A stretch of 57,952 nt of DNA, filler included, from Platydemus manokwari (taxonomy: Eukaryota): the NCBI GenBank assembly GCA_037951405.1. It is 5 parts of 5 records of this genome, joined end to end, with 100 filler letters (N's around TTAATTAATTAA, not from the genome) between each part and the next. Parts side by side here need not be neighbours in the genome. Positions count along the whole stretch, not along the records: positions 24,751 to 38,989 come from JBBMOY011499194.1; positions 39,090 to 48,884 come from JBBMOY011203655.1; 3 more parts are not named here. One strand, given 5' to 3'. The position numbers were made by a program, and so were the translations under genes. Position 1 is the stretch's first letter, and the number at the start of each line of letters is the position of its first letter. Under the pieces are notes generated by a model that ran no database searches, had not been told where the DNA came from, and saw only the letters and a list, made by a program, of their open reading frames with translations. This document shows, in pieces, positions 27,160 to 43,199 of the stretch.

Positions 27160-30100
27160 ATGGAAGATCATGCAGATACTTTGGGCATTGCATTCTCACA
27201 GGATATTAGACCGTTTATTGATGTGATTGATAATTTGAGAAGATTTGGTTTGCAACAAGATGTCAATTTACCGAATGTCGTTGTTGTGGGCGATCAAAGC
27301 TCTGGAAAAAGTTCCATCATAGAAGCGATTTCTGGTATTGAGTTACCTCGTGGAAAAAGTAATTTTTATTCATTAATGAGTTGGTTTCATTATTCAAATT
27401 AGGTATTGTCACTCGATGTCCATTAGAATTACAATTGAAGAAGGTTTATGATAAGCCTTGGAAAGCGACTTTGAGTTTCAAAACACTTCAAGGAATATCA
27501 GAAAAAGTAGAAATAACTAATCCACGTGAAGTAGAACGTCATATACGAGAAGGTAAATAAAATCGACTGAATTATTAATTTCTTAAATAGTTTTTAATAT
27601 ATTTCACCATTCTGAAATCAATAATGTTTTTAAATTTACAATGCAACTGGAAAAACTTGAATGATAGAATTAAAGTGGAAAATAAAATTAATCGAGACAT
27701 CAAAGAATATAATTTTTAGACTTCGAAATTATTCCAATTCCAAACATTCCAATAAATCGATATTTCCATGATAGTGATTATGTTATTTTAAAATTGATAT
27801 TGATTAAAAATAATCTGTATATTTATGATTTTGTTTAAATGAATCAATATTTCCAAAAGAAATTTCTTGTTGAAGATAATCTCTCTAAACTGTTGTTTCT
27901 ATTTTATTTCAAAGATGAAATCTCGGAGAAAACATTTCTGGATTTTATTCAAGTTATACTCGTTTTAAAAAAAAATAAAATTTTAATGATTTGTTTAAAT
28001 TTATATTTAATGTAGCTCAAAGAAAGATGTGTGAAACAAATAAAAGCATAAGCTCCGAGCTTATAACATTGAGAGTGGAATCACCCGCTAAAACTGCTCC
28101 TGATCTTACACTGATTGATTTACCTGGTATTGCAAGAATCGCTGTCGATGGTCAACCTGCAGATATTTGTCAACGAATCAAGAACATCATAATGCAACAT
28201 GTCCAAAATGAGAACGCGGTTATGCTCTGCGTTATTTCTGCTAATCTTGATGCAGCTGTTAACGAATCAATTCAAATTGCTAAACTTGTTGATCCAGAAG
28301 GAAAAAGAACCCTAGGTTTGTAATTATTGATCGAATGAGTATAACATTTTATAATAAGGAGTTATCACGAAACCGGATATGGCTGATGAGGAAAATAAAG
28401 ACGAAGTTCTTTGTCTTTTGAATAACGAAAAAATTCATCTAGATAAAGGTTATCACATGGTAAAATGTAGATCACAAAAGGAGCTTGAAAACGATTTGAG
28501 CCTAGAAGATTCATTGGAAAATGAGAAAAGATTCTTCGAGAATGATAAATATTATAGGTATTTATTTTTGATGTGAGAGAGATAACAAATATAATTGATT
28601 GCCATGAGCGATATTGTTGATTTTTAATGATAATTATTTCAGTACACTAATGGGTGTTGATATATTATATATACCACGTGCTCATCGATACCGATGTTGA
28701 TGAGTGGATTGGAAAATTAAACGATTTCATTTTGCAAATCTCTCAAATTTTACTACTCAACATTTATAAATAATTGCTCCAATGTTTACTGATCAATACT
28801 TCACTTTTGTCGTAAATCTTTATTCAAAGATCCAAGCGACTTCGTCTATGTAACCATGGGAACATCATTATTTTAATGGTTTTTGCCAATTTTATTAAAT
28901 AAAATGTTTAAAGATAAAATTACATCGAAAAATATTAAATGAAAGACTAAATTTTGTTTTTCGTTAATCAATATTTCGGTTATCTTTATCAATATTTTAT
29001 ACTGATATTTGTTAGACTTTTGTGGATCAATCGAAATATTGATTTATTAAAATCAAATTGAATCTTTTCATCAACAGTTATAATTATTATAAACAAGTCT
29101 GTTATGACATCTCATATTGATCGAAATCTTAACGATAAATATAAAAATTCGTATGTAAAATTTACCGTCACAATAAATTATTCTTTTCATCCATTATTCA
29201 GTACTGCCAATGAATCTCAATTAGGAACGATGAATTTGGCTTTAAAGATTACTGAAGAGTTGGTTCAAGTTATCAAAGTGAGATTTAATGCTTTAAATTA
29301 AACTGAATTGATCGTTTTCAGTCGACATTACCTGATTTGGAAAGGAAAATAAATTTAAAACTTCAAGATGCAGAAAAAAAGTTAATGAAGTTGCCTCCAG
29401 CTCTTCCTGAAGATGACCATGAAAAAATAGTTTTTTTCTTTGGAGTAAAAATATTTTAGTTCTGTTTTATAATGAGCTATTTTCAGATGATTAAAGATAT
29501 GCTCAAGGAGATAAATTGCTTTCTCATAACTGGTAAAATGGATTCGAAAAACGAGAATATTTTTCATTATTGGAGAAATCTTTTTACGAGGTTTAAAAAC
29601 GAGATCCAAGATTTAACAAATAGTAAGTTGTGATGATCGTTTAAGTCATAAAAGTAGTCAATTTATGTCTATAAAAGCCAGATATTGTCGAATAATCTCA
29701 TTGTCAAATAGATTTTCGATTAATTCTCAAAAGTTTTTACCCATTTGATTTGATTGGCGGCTTGAGTTTTGAAAAATTAATTAATCGTGATCATCTTTAT
29801 CGATCTAAAATAATGGCTTAATTTTATACTGATATCATGATTTTCTTGAATATTGCTTCGTATATTTCTAAATTTAGCTAAAGTTATAAATAATATTTAT
29901 ATATTATGTCTCTAATTTTAAGATCCTGAATTGAAATTAAAATAAAGCTCTCAAAAATTGTTTATAAAATTTATACAAAAATAGAGTTTTGGATTCTGAA
30001 CTTAATGTCGTCTAATATTGATATTATGAAGAAATCGATTAACATTTATCATCGAATATTTTACACTTTTCTGACAAATGGAATATTTTAATTTTCTTCA

Positions 30101-31879
30101 GAAATATACTTCGGTTTTCAATCATATCGACACTTGTAATAAAACATTGAACATGTGTCTCAAATCAATATTATTTCTTTATTCATATTCCCTCTAAATA
30201 AACATCGATGAATCGGTACACAATATCACAAGTTTTTTATGTTTTCCAAAACTGATTTGATTGTTTTGCAGTTCTTCAAATTGCAAAAATTAATATTTCA
30301 CTCACATTAAAATGGAATGAAAACTATAAAATATAAAATTGTAATTTCTATTTTTAGAAGTGTTATGTTATAATCATTTAATGTGAAGTTAAAATATCGC
30401 GATACAAATCATAGTTGAATACACATTTTATCATTTTTATCAGGGGCTTGGAACAAAGAATTTAGTCTGAGCAAACTGAAGAATAAAATATTAACCAATA
30501 GAGGCAATGAAATCAGCGGATTTCTTAATTTTGAGTTATTTCAATCATTGCTTACCACTCATGTCATGTCTTACAAATCAAATGCTGAAACTATTCTGAA
30601 AGAAATGAAAGATGCGACCAATACAATGATTTGTGACATTATCGGGAAGAATTTTCGTCACTTCAATGAGATTTCTGAGGATTTGAAAGTAATTTTAATA
30701 TTATATATATATACATTCATTTCAGTATTAAAATGAAAAAAGTGACTCATTAAGAAAGATAAATAATCAATACAACTTAATATCCGTCGATATCGATCTG
30801 AAATCTTAATCATAAAGAAATAATTCAATTTTTATTTTACCAAATCCTACTGCAGCTAAAGGGAAAATATTCATCATTTTGCAGCAGTAAATGAATCACT
30901 ATACAGCCTTTTTAAAACTAATAATGACAGAAATTTGGCTGGTGGCTCCACTTCATTTGTAATGCAATTCCAAGCCTCATCATTGTAATGATAAAAAAAA
31001 TCCTCAGTTCATTTGCATTTATCGAGTGTCTGGTGTCTACTTAAACAAGCTTAATTATTTCTATATTGATTTTTCTATAATATATTAAGATTTGATATTG
31101 TAATATGTTGAATGTAACAGTGGATTGGAAAAAATAAATTAAAATAAAATGAAATTTTAAAAAGACGAGGGTTATATTGTCAAAATTAGCAAACTCCATT
31201 TTGACATTTCAAATACGATAACCATAATTATAAACTTGAATATATTTAGAGAATTGCTACCAGTGAATTAGATTTGGCATATAAAGAAACATTAAAACGC
31301 ATAAATACTGTTTTTGATGAAGAAAAACTCGTATTTACTATGGATGATGTGTTTGAAAAAGAAATGAGTGAGATAATCATATTATTGGTTTTTATAATTG
31401 CTGTCAATAATATTTAGAGGAGTTAATGGCTGCCTTAAATAATAACAATAATCAACATGGTGGAAGTAAGAAAATTAATAATGCTTAATGGAAGTGATTA
31501 TATGATTAAATTCAAGGAGGTCAATCGGTAACTAATCAAAACACTGCATCAGGAGTAGATTATTCAGATGCCTCCGAAATGTTTCGCGTTATTTTTTGCT
31601 ACTTAAAAGTACCATTTGATATAGAATATTTTTATTTCCATCATTTCTGTTATTTAGATCGTTCATTTTCGTTTATCCGATAGAATTCCAACGACACTTC
31701 GACAATGTTTACATATTGAATTCGATAAAACCATCGATAGAAAATTCATTGGATACTCCACCACAGACAGAATTACTATCATGGTGGCAGAAGACAAAAG
31801 GATGGGTGTTGAAAGAAAACAACTTCAGAATAAAATCAAACGGCTAACACTGGCTTTATCTGAAATACGAAAATTATGA
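27160..31879 (+). CDS. MX: Mx-like dynamin-superfamily GTPase (G domain, stalk, GED; no PH domain or proline-rich tail); 635 aa, 12 exons
   Basis: Exons 27160-27358, 27403-27552, 28016-28315, 28359-28557, 29202-29277, 29322-29444, 29487-29622, 30444-30688, 31250-31367, 31418-31465, 31517-31608, 31658-31879 (1908 nt, in frame). Motifs: IRPFIDVIDNLRRFGLQQD (Mx-type N-terminal helix), GDQSSGKS (G1), IVTRCPL (G2), DLPG (G3), TKPD (G4), KGYHMVKCRSQ, RGNEISGFLNF, and a C-terminal GED ..RLSDRIP..ERKQLQNKIKRL*. Confidence 0.88.
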
Positions 31880-34719
31880 ACCTGATTTTATTTACGCGAA
31901 ACATCTATAAAATTTATGAACATAATTTTTTGTGTTATCAAAACGAATGAGTTATCATTTTATTGATTTTTATTATAGATAATTTAAATGGTTCTCGACT
32001 TTCGGACTTAATTTATTTCTGAAATACACAAGTATGAAAGTAATGCAATATAAAACCAATTATAAGTAAACAAATAACTAAATCACGTTCTTCTTTTAAT
32101 TTTCTTTCAAAATATATCAAAGTAAAGAAATTAAAAGTCCTTCAAATTAACTGATATATTATAATCTATGAGCAACATGTTATTATTCACTATCTACTTG
32201 CATAACGATGAATTGATTATTTTTTTTAATTGAATGAATTTAATACAAGAACAAATTTCTTCACTCTTCATTGGGTTAATTGAAGAAACAGTTCTGCAGT
32301 GATAAAATAATCTTATTTACATGCCGCAATGCGCGTCTTCGAAAATTAGAAAGTAGTATATAAACCACAGCTTGGGTTTGCTTCTTATACTGCTATACGC
32401 CATCCATAAAATTCTTCATTTAACATCTTACAATTTGATATATGATAAGTCAAAATCGGTTATGTAAATCGAAGGTTACAAAATATAAGCAGATCAGATT
32501 TTAAACTTTTTAAACGCCCTTTAAAATATGTGCCAGAATGAATTTATTGAAAACAATAACTTAACACACAATAAATAAATTCTTGGAATTATGAAATCAG
32601 TTTAATTGGCTTTGTAAAAAATGAATTTTTCATCTATCATCATCAGTATAAATACAAAAATGAAATTAAATTTTTCGTTTATTATGTTACTGTTGTTTGT
32701 GAGATAAGTATTTTTAATTTGATATTATATTTTTAAATAACTATTAAAAAACCATTAATATTTTACAGTATCAATAATTTAATAACAATACTTTCTTTCT
32801 GATGACAAAGAGAATTATGTTCAAAAAATATTATCTTGAAATTCCAACTTTTAATATTCTTATAATTATATTAAAACCTTTATGAATTAATTTTTATGAT
32901 TTATTTTAATAATTAATTCCTGAATCCATTGTTCTTTAACAACAAAAATATTATATGGAGAATTTATAAAAAACTCCACGGTTAAATGCATTGAGCCAGA
33001 AAAAATTTTCTGAATCCAAATAAATTCTTATTAATTCAGAGTAAAACGCTAATTAATTATTAAACACCAGTTTAATCTGCCTGGAAACAAATGTTAAAAA
33101 TAAAATAATGAAAAGGGCGTTTAATAAAATAAAATTTACCTCAAAAATAGCCTCCAATAAAAGCCAGGGCATCAAAAATATAAATAGAATAAGATAACCT
33201 ATCAAGCTACCTAATTTTTTAAACCATTAAATCCAATTGATCAAGCTCATATACAAAATATAGAGAAGATTTAGATTCACGTTTAAACCATAGTTATATG
33301 TCTAATCACTAGAATTTTAGAATCAAATTCGTATCGTCGGAAAAGGACATTAAAGTGAACGTATCGTTTTATTAAATTTATGCAAGTAATTCAAGATAAG
33401 TAATAAATTAATTTTTAAATAAAACACTTTTATAACATCACTCAAGTTTACACGAAATTTTACAGTAAAACGTTTGACCGAAATTTTTAAACATAAGTGT
33501 TGAGTTGTGGTGATTTTATAAGTATGGGCTTTTCAATAAATTTACAATAATCCAACCTGTGTTTCAAATACCTTGTAAATTTTCCCTAATGGATATGGAA
33601 CATCTCAAGTAACAGCAAAATATGTTAGACACATATGCACTTTTTCAACTTACAAGATGTAACACTGGACAATAAGTTACAATTTATTTATGAAAACAAA
33701 GAGAAAAGGGCTCAACAAGAAAAAAGTTAATCTTTAACAATTTTTGTAACTGGTTTCAAAATACATTCAAAAATATTGTGTCACATATAATGACTCTCAG
33801 CAGCTTTCCATGGAATGCTTTGTATTTGTAAACAAATATTTGTATATAAAAATCAAAATAATAAATCTAAATTATTCATTCAAAATTTTTTTCCATTTAA
33901 TCTATAATTAATCTTTTATTTTTTGTTCAACATAATTACATATCAGTTAAGATTTGATTAAAGCAATTCAAAAACTCTCTTGCTATGATATTTTTGTGTA
34001 GTTTTTTTAAATCACTGCCATTTATATGATTATATATATATTACGAGCAAAAGAAAAATTATCTCCATTCTGTCATTATTCTTGACAAAAGAAATTTTTT
34101 TATTTAGAGCTTGGAATATTTAACTTATATGTAAGACAAGCTATTTTCAGATCTTTCGATTTCCTTTTTAATAATTTTGGTTTCCTGGAATATATAAAGG
34201 ACCTTTTTAGATTGGTTTTAACGAAACGTTAGACTGTCAATTATTTCGATTGATTTAAAATCATTTGTGCTTTTCGGTTTTTATTGAATATTTTATTGAC
34301 ATTTTTTATTTATTTTATATCTTAATCTATACATTTTACTGCACTTTTTCTAATTTTTTGAATCAAATAAGCTGAAGAAATCGTCATAATCTGTAAAGTT
34401 TCAACTTAAGAACAAAAAGACCACCATTGTAAATTCTTTTACCTGTGAATTCTTAGCCTCTGTTATTTCATTCGTCGTTATTTTCCATTTCTTCTATTAC
34501 TTGTTAAATAATAAAATATCATTTGATGTAATTTGGAATCATAGCTGATAGAAATATAGAAATCATATTTCATATCGTGATTGGGATAAAATATTCTACA
34601 AACTAACATCGAAAAATGTGCAAAAAGTTTAACAAAATGAAATCAATAGCCACCATTTTCTGAGAAAAACAAAATAATTACTGTAATAAAATACTTCAGA
34701 CTTTTCTCTTGGGATACCA

Positions 34720-34733
34720 GTTGCTATAGCAAC
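34720..34733. promoter_or_regulatory. Perfect palindromic RFX X-box GTTGCTATAGCAAC
   Basis: Exact fit to GTYNCY-AT-RGNAAC, ~100 nt past the CDKAL1 AATAAA on the minus strand. Confidence 0.45.
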
Positions 34734-34863
34734 CTGGAATTGTTAATGAAATATCACAAACCATAGCAATATCCAAATCAGAATCAATAACAAATAACAA
34801 AAACCAAACAAAACTATCAAGCGAAATGCAACATTTTATTAACCCTTTCACCTAATTTGGCCT

Positions 34864-37050
34864 TCAGAATAGCATGCATATCCTGAAAATTAAACATGAC
34901 AGAAAGAACACCGCAAAAATCCTCGAAGCGAATCCCTGAAACGAAATGAAATTCATCAAATCAATTGCAATCAACTAACCGCCGTCATCAAAGATGATGA
35001 TAAACTGACACTGACAGGCTTAGTGGTGCTGGTAACCAATGGCAACACCTGTTCATCACTGACATCAACAACATTTTCATCGATTACCTCTGCTCTCATC
35101 GAATACTTGCTCGTTTCCACAACGCGAACTCGTGCCACTTTCCCCATTAATGAATGGATTCTCGGTACCAATACTTGTTCATATGCTTTGCTGTGGCCGA
35201 CAAAATATTGACCATCAGAACTCTCTTCTGTGATCAAGACGTTCATTTCTTGACCCATTTTATTAGTGTATGGCTCGTAAGATTGGAACAAATCATGTAT
35301 TCGTTTGGTGCGCTTTTTGACCTCCATCGATGAAGCCACTCTATTAAATGGATTATCAGCTGTTCACTCACGAACCAAAATGGGCCTTACCTCTCCATGC
35401 GAGCTGCGGGTGTGCCAGGCCTGGGATAGAACTGATTGTTAAACAAAACACAGAATCGATATTGATCGATTAAACTGAATGTTTCTTCAAAATCTTCATT
35501 GGTTTCTGTTGGGAAGCCACAAATGACGTCAGTAGCGACAGTGACTTTATCTCGCCCGATTTCCTTATACAGCGTATCGACAACATTGCAAAAATCTTCT
35601 CGAGTATATTCGCGCTTCATCTCACCAAGAACATTGTCGGACCCTTTTAAAAGCAACAAAGATTAAATTTTAATGTATCAATTGCTATTGACAATCGTCA
35701 TTCAAAATCTAGTAAAATTCACTGACGAATTGTTCGCATATTCGACGAATCGAACAGAAACACTCCAGATTTTAGTGACGATAATAAAAATGTACTGATT
35801 GTACCTGATTGAACTGGAACGTGGAGAAATGAGTACACGCGAGGATGTTTTAAAATAGCTGCGATTCTGTCCAGATGTTCGAGAATATATGGTGGATTTG
35901 TCATACCTAATCGCAACATGCAACCGGTTGGAATATGGTGAACCATTTCTTCTAGTAAGGTTGGTAAATCTGTGCCAATGTCGCGACCGTATGCACCGAG
36001 ATCCTCTGACGTCAACCAGATTTCCACGCAATCTTCTTGGAAAGCTTGGTCAACTCGATCGATAATTTCCGATATCGGATAACTTCCCAATTCACCTCGA
36101 GCGTGTTTGGTTTTACAATACGTACAAGCGTTGAGACAGCCAGTATTGATTGGGAGAATCTCAATGAAAGGATTCTTTCTAATCTTTGGGAGGTTTAATT
36201 TTGCTCCTCCCAAGTTTTTACCGCCTTCTCTTTTCTTGCTATAGAGTTGTACAGAATTTCCTGCAAACATTTTTAATCTGAACGACAATGCTTTCAATAC
36301 CCACCTTTCAAAGTTTCCTCAACGACTTCAATAACCCTATCTATTTGTTGAACCCCAATAACACTAACACCTTTCAAATAAGGAGTTTTTTGTTGACCTT
36401 GTGGTACACAGCCTGCAACGACTACCTTTTTACCGTAGCTTCTTGCCTCATTGATCATATTACTGAAATGCCAATGTCAACATTTTATTCACTAAATTTA
36501 ATCCAAAAACCGAAAATGATCTTCTGCCGGATTTTTCACAGTACAACTGTTCAAAATCCATAAATCAGCCTTCATTTTATCTTCATCGCCAGATGACTTC
36601 TTAGACAAGGTTTTGTGATTGGTAATTTCCCCCTCATCTTTAACTGAACATGAACCATTAAGACTGACTTTGAAACCATATTTGGACAATATTCCTGCCA
36701 TATATTCACTGTCACTGCTATTATGCGAACAACCCCATGTTTGAATATAAATGTGATGAACACCTGAAAATTAAAATACAGATTTTTTTATTTGTTCATC
36801 TTTTATAAGTTTTTCTTATTTACAAAATTTTATATCATTAAAAATTAGCCGATTTAAAATTGAAACAACATGAAAACAAATTTCTAGTAATTATTTTTAG
36901 TTTGCATTTACCTGGTACATAACTATCAGCATTCACAATAACTTCTTCAGATATTCTTTTTTTAACTCTAGTTAAAATAACATCTGATTCACTAATTCTA
37001 GCATCGTCGTCCGAATTTAAAAGTAAGTTCTCGATATCAGGTAAAGACAT
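34864..37050 (-). CDS. CDKAL1: Threonylcarbamoyladenosine tRNA methylthiotransferase (UPF0004 + radical SAM + TRAM + C-terminal membrane anchor); 563 aa, 7 exons
   Basis: Exons 37050-36912, 36763-36511, 36462-36305, 36260-35805, 35643-35391, 35340-34980, 34935-34864 (1692 nt). Motifs: [53 protein letters not shown] (CxxxCxxC), [24 protein letters not shown], and a hydrophobic tail [19 protein letters not shown]. Confidence 0.96.
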
Positions 37051-38944
37051 TAAATTATTAAAGCTAAATTTAAAACTCCTAAATCAAAAAGTTGTAATGT
37101 GTTTTATGTTGTCTATATTATTGAAACAAATTCACATGTTTTTTAAAAATTAATTAAATAATGATATATTGGTTATAAAAGCATGTTACGACAAATTAAA
37201 AGACAATTTTTAGAACAATAATATTGATATTTCATGAAAAAGTTTATTAATATCTATTCTTATCAAAAAAAAATTTAAAAAGATAAAATTTAAATGTTTC
37301 CAGTTGAAAAAAAATAAATTGAAAGTTTTTCTAAAAGAAAAATCAGAAAATTTTGATAGCTGCTGCTTTAAATTAGATCATGAACCATTTGTGCAAAGGT
37401 TGATCTGCTGACATGACCTTCATAATTAAATGACAATTATCTTTAATATCTACTTGCAATCAGTTTAGTATTTTTACCATTAACATTATGAGGAAAGTAA
37501 TTGTTTGTTTTTATTTCAAACAATTTATTTAACTTTAAATCATGGTTTTTCTGTTTTTTAAATACTATAATGACAAAATATTCAATATTTGATATTAAGT
37601 ACTTTCCATAATATTAACATATGATAGAGGTTAAAAAATTGGAACACACTCATCTCATATTTCCAAAAATCTAATTTGTACAATTAATCTTCAATAGGAA
37701 TTCCTATTTCTTTTATAAAAATCCTCAATCAACATCAATAATTATAATAATATTTTTTATAAATGGGCGATTATTGTAAATAATAAATGTGAATATGCTT
37801 TTTTAGCATAAAATGTATTGTGTAAGTGTCTATGAAAACTGGTGTTTTGATGAACGTGTGTTCAGAGTTATTTTGACGCATTTTGTTACATTTCATTCTA
37901 TTTTTCAGGAAATGTTTAAATTTGATTTCTGAATTCTGCTCTAAAAGGTTACAATAACTCCACCAAAGCCTATATCCAAGTCCAATTGGAAATTGAACAT
38001 TGATGAATGATATATTATGACTTTATGATGTTATGTAAGATTATCTTTATTTAACTATAATATTTATTTTATGTATATGAAAATCTTGATTGTATGAACA
38101 AATAATCTAATTTTCTTTATTTCCGAGAACAAAACAATGTATATTTTCAAATCAATGTATAATATTATTTTGTATAAAATTTGTATGCGGTTGTTAAAAT
38201 TGTTATCAAGTTGAAAAAAAATTATAAAGTTACAGATTATAATAAATAAAATTAAAATTAAAAAATCCATATATTAAGAATATAATATATAAATGTGAGC
38301 AGATTTATGATTAAATACATTTATTAGATTTGGAAAAGGAAAATAGTTTTATAATCCAACAAGGAAAAAATAATGAAAACACGGTAATTCATAATCCACA
38401 TAGGAAAAATAATAAATATGTTGCGCATGCACCCCTACAAATCATCCTACAAATGTACATATACATAACAACATAACACAATAATAGTAATGTAGTCCAA
38501 AATAATAGCAATGTAGTTCAAAACCCAAAGCACAAAAGCCAAACACAATACCGTTTAAGATATAATATAAATACCCCTACAAATCGTATAACATAATCCC
38601 ATTATGCAGCCCTACAAATTACATAATAATATAACATACAATTCCCTGAGTATAGACTGCGGCGCTGATGTTCAAATTCGAGGATGCTCAGATATTCAAA
38701 CTCAAGCTGCCTCCGAGTGACAATATTTGACAATAAATAACAATAACATTAATGTCTGATCCAATTTTGTTTTGAATACTTATTAGCAATAAACAATATT
38801 GGTGTTTGTGTTAACAAAGTTTCTTTTGCGGTATTGATTTGTTATTATTGAGTTAAATTATTATTATTGAGTGTTTTATTTATTTTATTATGTCAAAAAT
38901 CTAGCAACAAGGGATATGAATGGTGCGAAGAGATTATGATAGGT

Positions 38945-39300
38945 AAATAAATAATAAATAATAAAATTAATGATAAATAAAATAATAAANNNNNNNNNNN
39001 NNNNNNNNNNNNNNNNNNNNNNNNNNNNNNNNNTTAATTAATTAANNNNNNNNNNNNNNNNNNNNNNNNNNNNNNNNNNNNNNNNNNNNTAATAATGATA
39101 ATAATACTAATAATGATAATAATAATAACAATGATAAATAATAATAATACTAATAAATAATAATAATAGTAATAATAATGATAAATGGATAATAAAATAT
39201 AAAATCATTATTATAAATAAAATAATAATTAAATAAAATGTCAATTATATGAAATAAATAATAATGATAATGATAATGAAATAATAATTATTATTATAAT
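38945..39300. repeat. (AAT)n/(AAAT)n low-complexity microsatellite flanking the gap
   Basis: Degenerate AAT/GAT triplet runs on both sides of the linker. Confidence 0.8.
38990..39089. other. Artificial assembly linker (N44-TTAATTAATTAA-N44)
   Basis: Same 100-nt six-frame-stop spacer. Confidence 0.95.
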
Positions 39301-39307
39301 TCCAAAC

Positions 39308-41663
<2,356 letters not shown>

Positions 41664-43199
41664 CTAAAACATGTTTTATTTATTTAGTGAATATATTTCT
41701 CATATTAAATTGAGATTAAATATTGATTTTTAATATTATCAAATTATTATAATATTGAACGAAATTAAATTATTTTATTTATTCCAATAAATAATATTAA
41801 CGATTTGAAGTATTTAAACAAAACATTATAAGCTTAAATTATTAATTCATTTTATTAAATAATCATTTTATAATCATTATCTCAATTTATTTTTTGCGTT
41901 AGTTTCAAATAATACTTTGAATTATGTGCAGTGTTGAACTTTTTTTCAAAAATAAAATTTTGCATTTTATTGCTATGACAACTTATGAAAAATATCGATG
42001 AAAACATTGTGAACATTTTTTTCAAAGTCATCAATCGACTTGCAGATTATCAGATTAAGTTTTATTCCTTCTTAAAGTTTATCAATATTTTTATGTGCGG
42101 TAATCAATAAATCAAGACAATTTATAGATATTTTGAATCTAGTTCGAATCGAATCTCACAACAATCAATCTGGTTTGGTTTGATTAAAAATTTTGAACTA
42201 AACCTCCCATTTCGATAAATTTGGATCAATTATTTTCAAGATTCTCCTTCGATTTATATTTAATCGATTTATTTGAATTCGACTTTTATATCGATTAGTT
42301 TTAATAACAAAATTTATTACAAAATAGCTGACATAGGGACAAGTGTGTCACAGGAGTGATCTTAATTTAAAAAACACTATATTAAGGGATAACATTTTGA
42401 AATGAACACACATCAAGAAGGCTTTAATTTATAAGCGATAATTGATTACCGAAGATTGTCTAATATTTTATTTTCAAGTGTGAGTAAGATTTGATTGATT
42501 GTAACCATAGCACTATCGTTCGTTATTAATTAATCGTCATTTAATTTAATTAATTTAACTGTTTGTCGCCTTCATTTGGTATCTCCCGATATGCCTGGTG
42601 CAGATGTTTCGCAGCAAACTACTTGAGTAGTTCGTTCCATAATTTGCCAAATTTTTTGAGTTATTTTTTACTGTTAAATTTTTTCGACCTTCCTAAATAA
42701 ATATGACTGCCTAATCATTGTCTTATTAATTCAATAATAACATCTCTACGTATTGTATCCGACTATAATCATTAATTTATTTACTATTAATCCACTATTG
42801 CTGCGGTGGGACATTAGAATCCCTGTTGCAACAATCAATAACTTCAATAAGCGTAACATTTAGATATTTTCGACAGATTTTCCCGTAACTTCGTCCTCAT
42901 ACCAGTTACTGAAACCCTATAGGACCTGTGTAAACATTAAAATCATCAAACACCTAACAAATAATAATTATTTTTTGCTGACCTATTCATCAATTTTTCC
43001 TTTTGTGTTGTTATATTTTTCGTTGTTTCTATATATCTGATTTTCATTTCTCCATGTTTTTATTTTTGCATCTACTTCAATTTTAAGTCCATGTCCGTTT
43101 ACCACTTTTACTCCAGTTAAAATTTCCTATCGTCACTTGAACATAAGAAAATTTGTTATTGAACTTAATCTCTTATATTAGATATGAATGAGTCAACTC

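Noticed and set aside
28642-28700. Alternative terminal exon giving a G-domain-only Mx (STLMGVD..RYRC*)
   Set aside because: Only a chance-level TTTCAG acceptor resembling the real one; no other support.
30835-31045. Minus-strand coding-like stretch inside Mx intron 8
   Set aside because: About 40 codons ending in multiple stops; resemblance to hAT or dynein fragments is too weak to call.
38430-38720. CCTACAAAT repeated four times plus a B-box-like GTTCAAATTC (tRNA/SINE or CRISPR-like?)
   Set aside because: Spacing is irregular, the unit is only 9 nt, and there is no cloverleaf or A-box.
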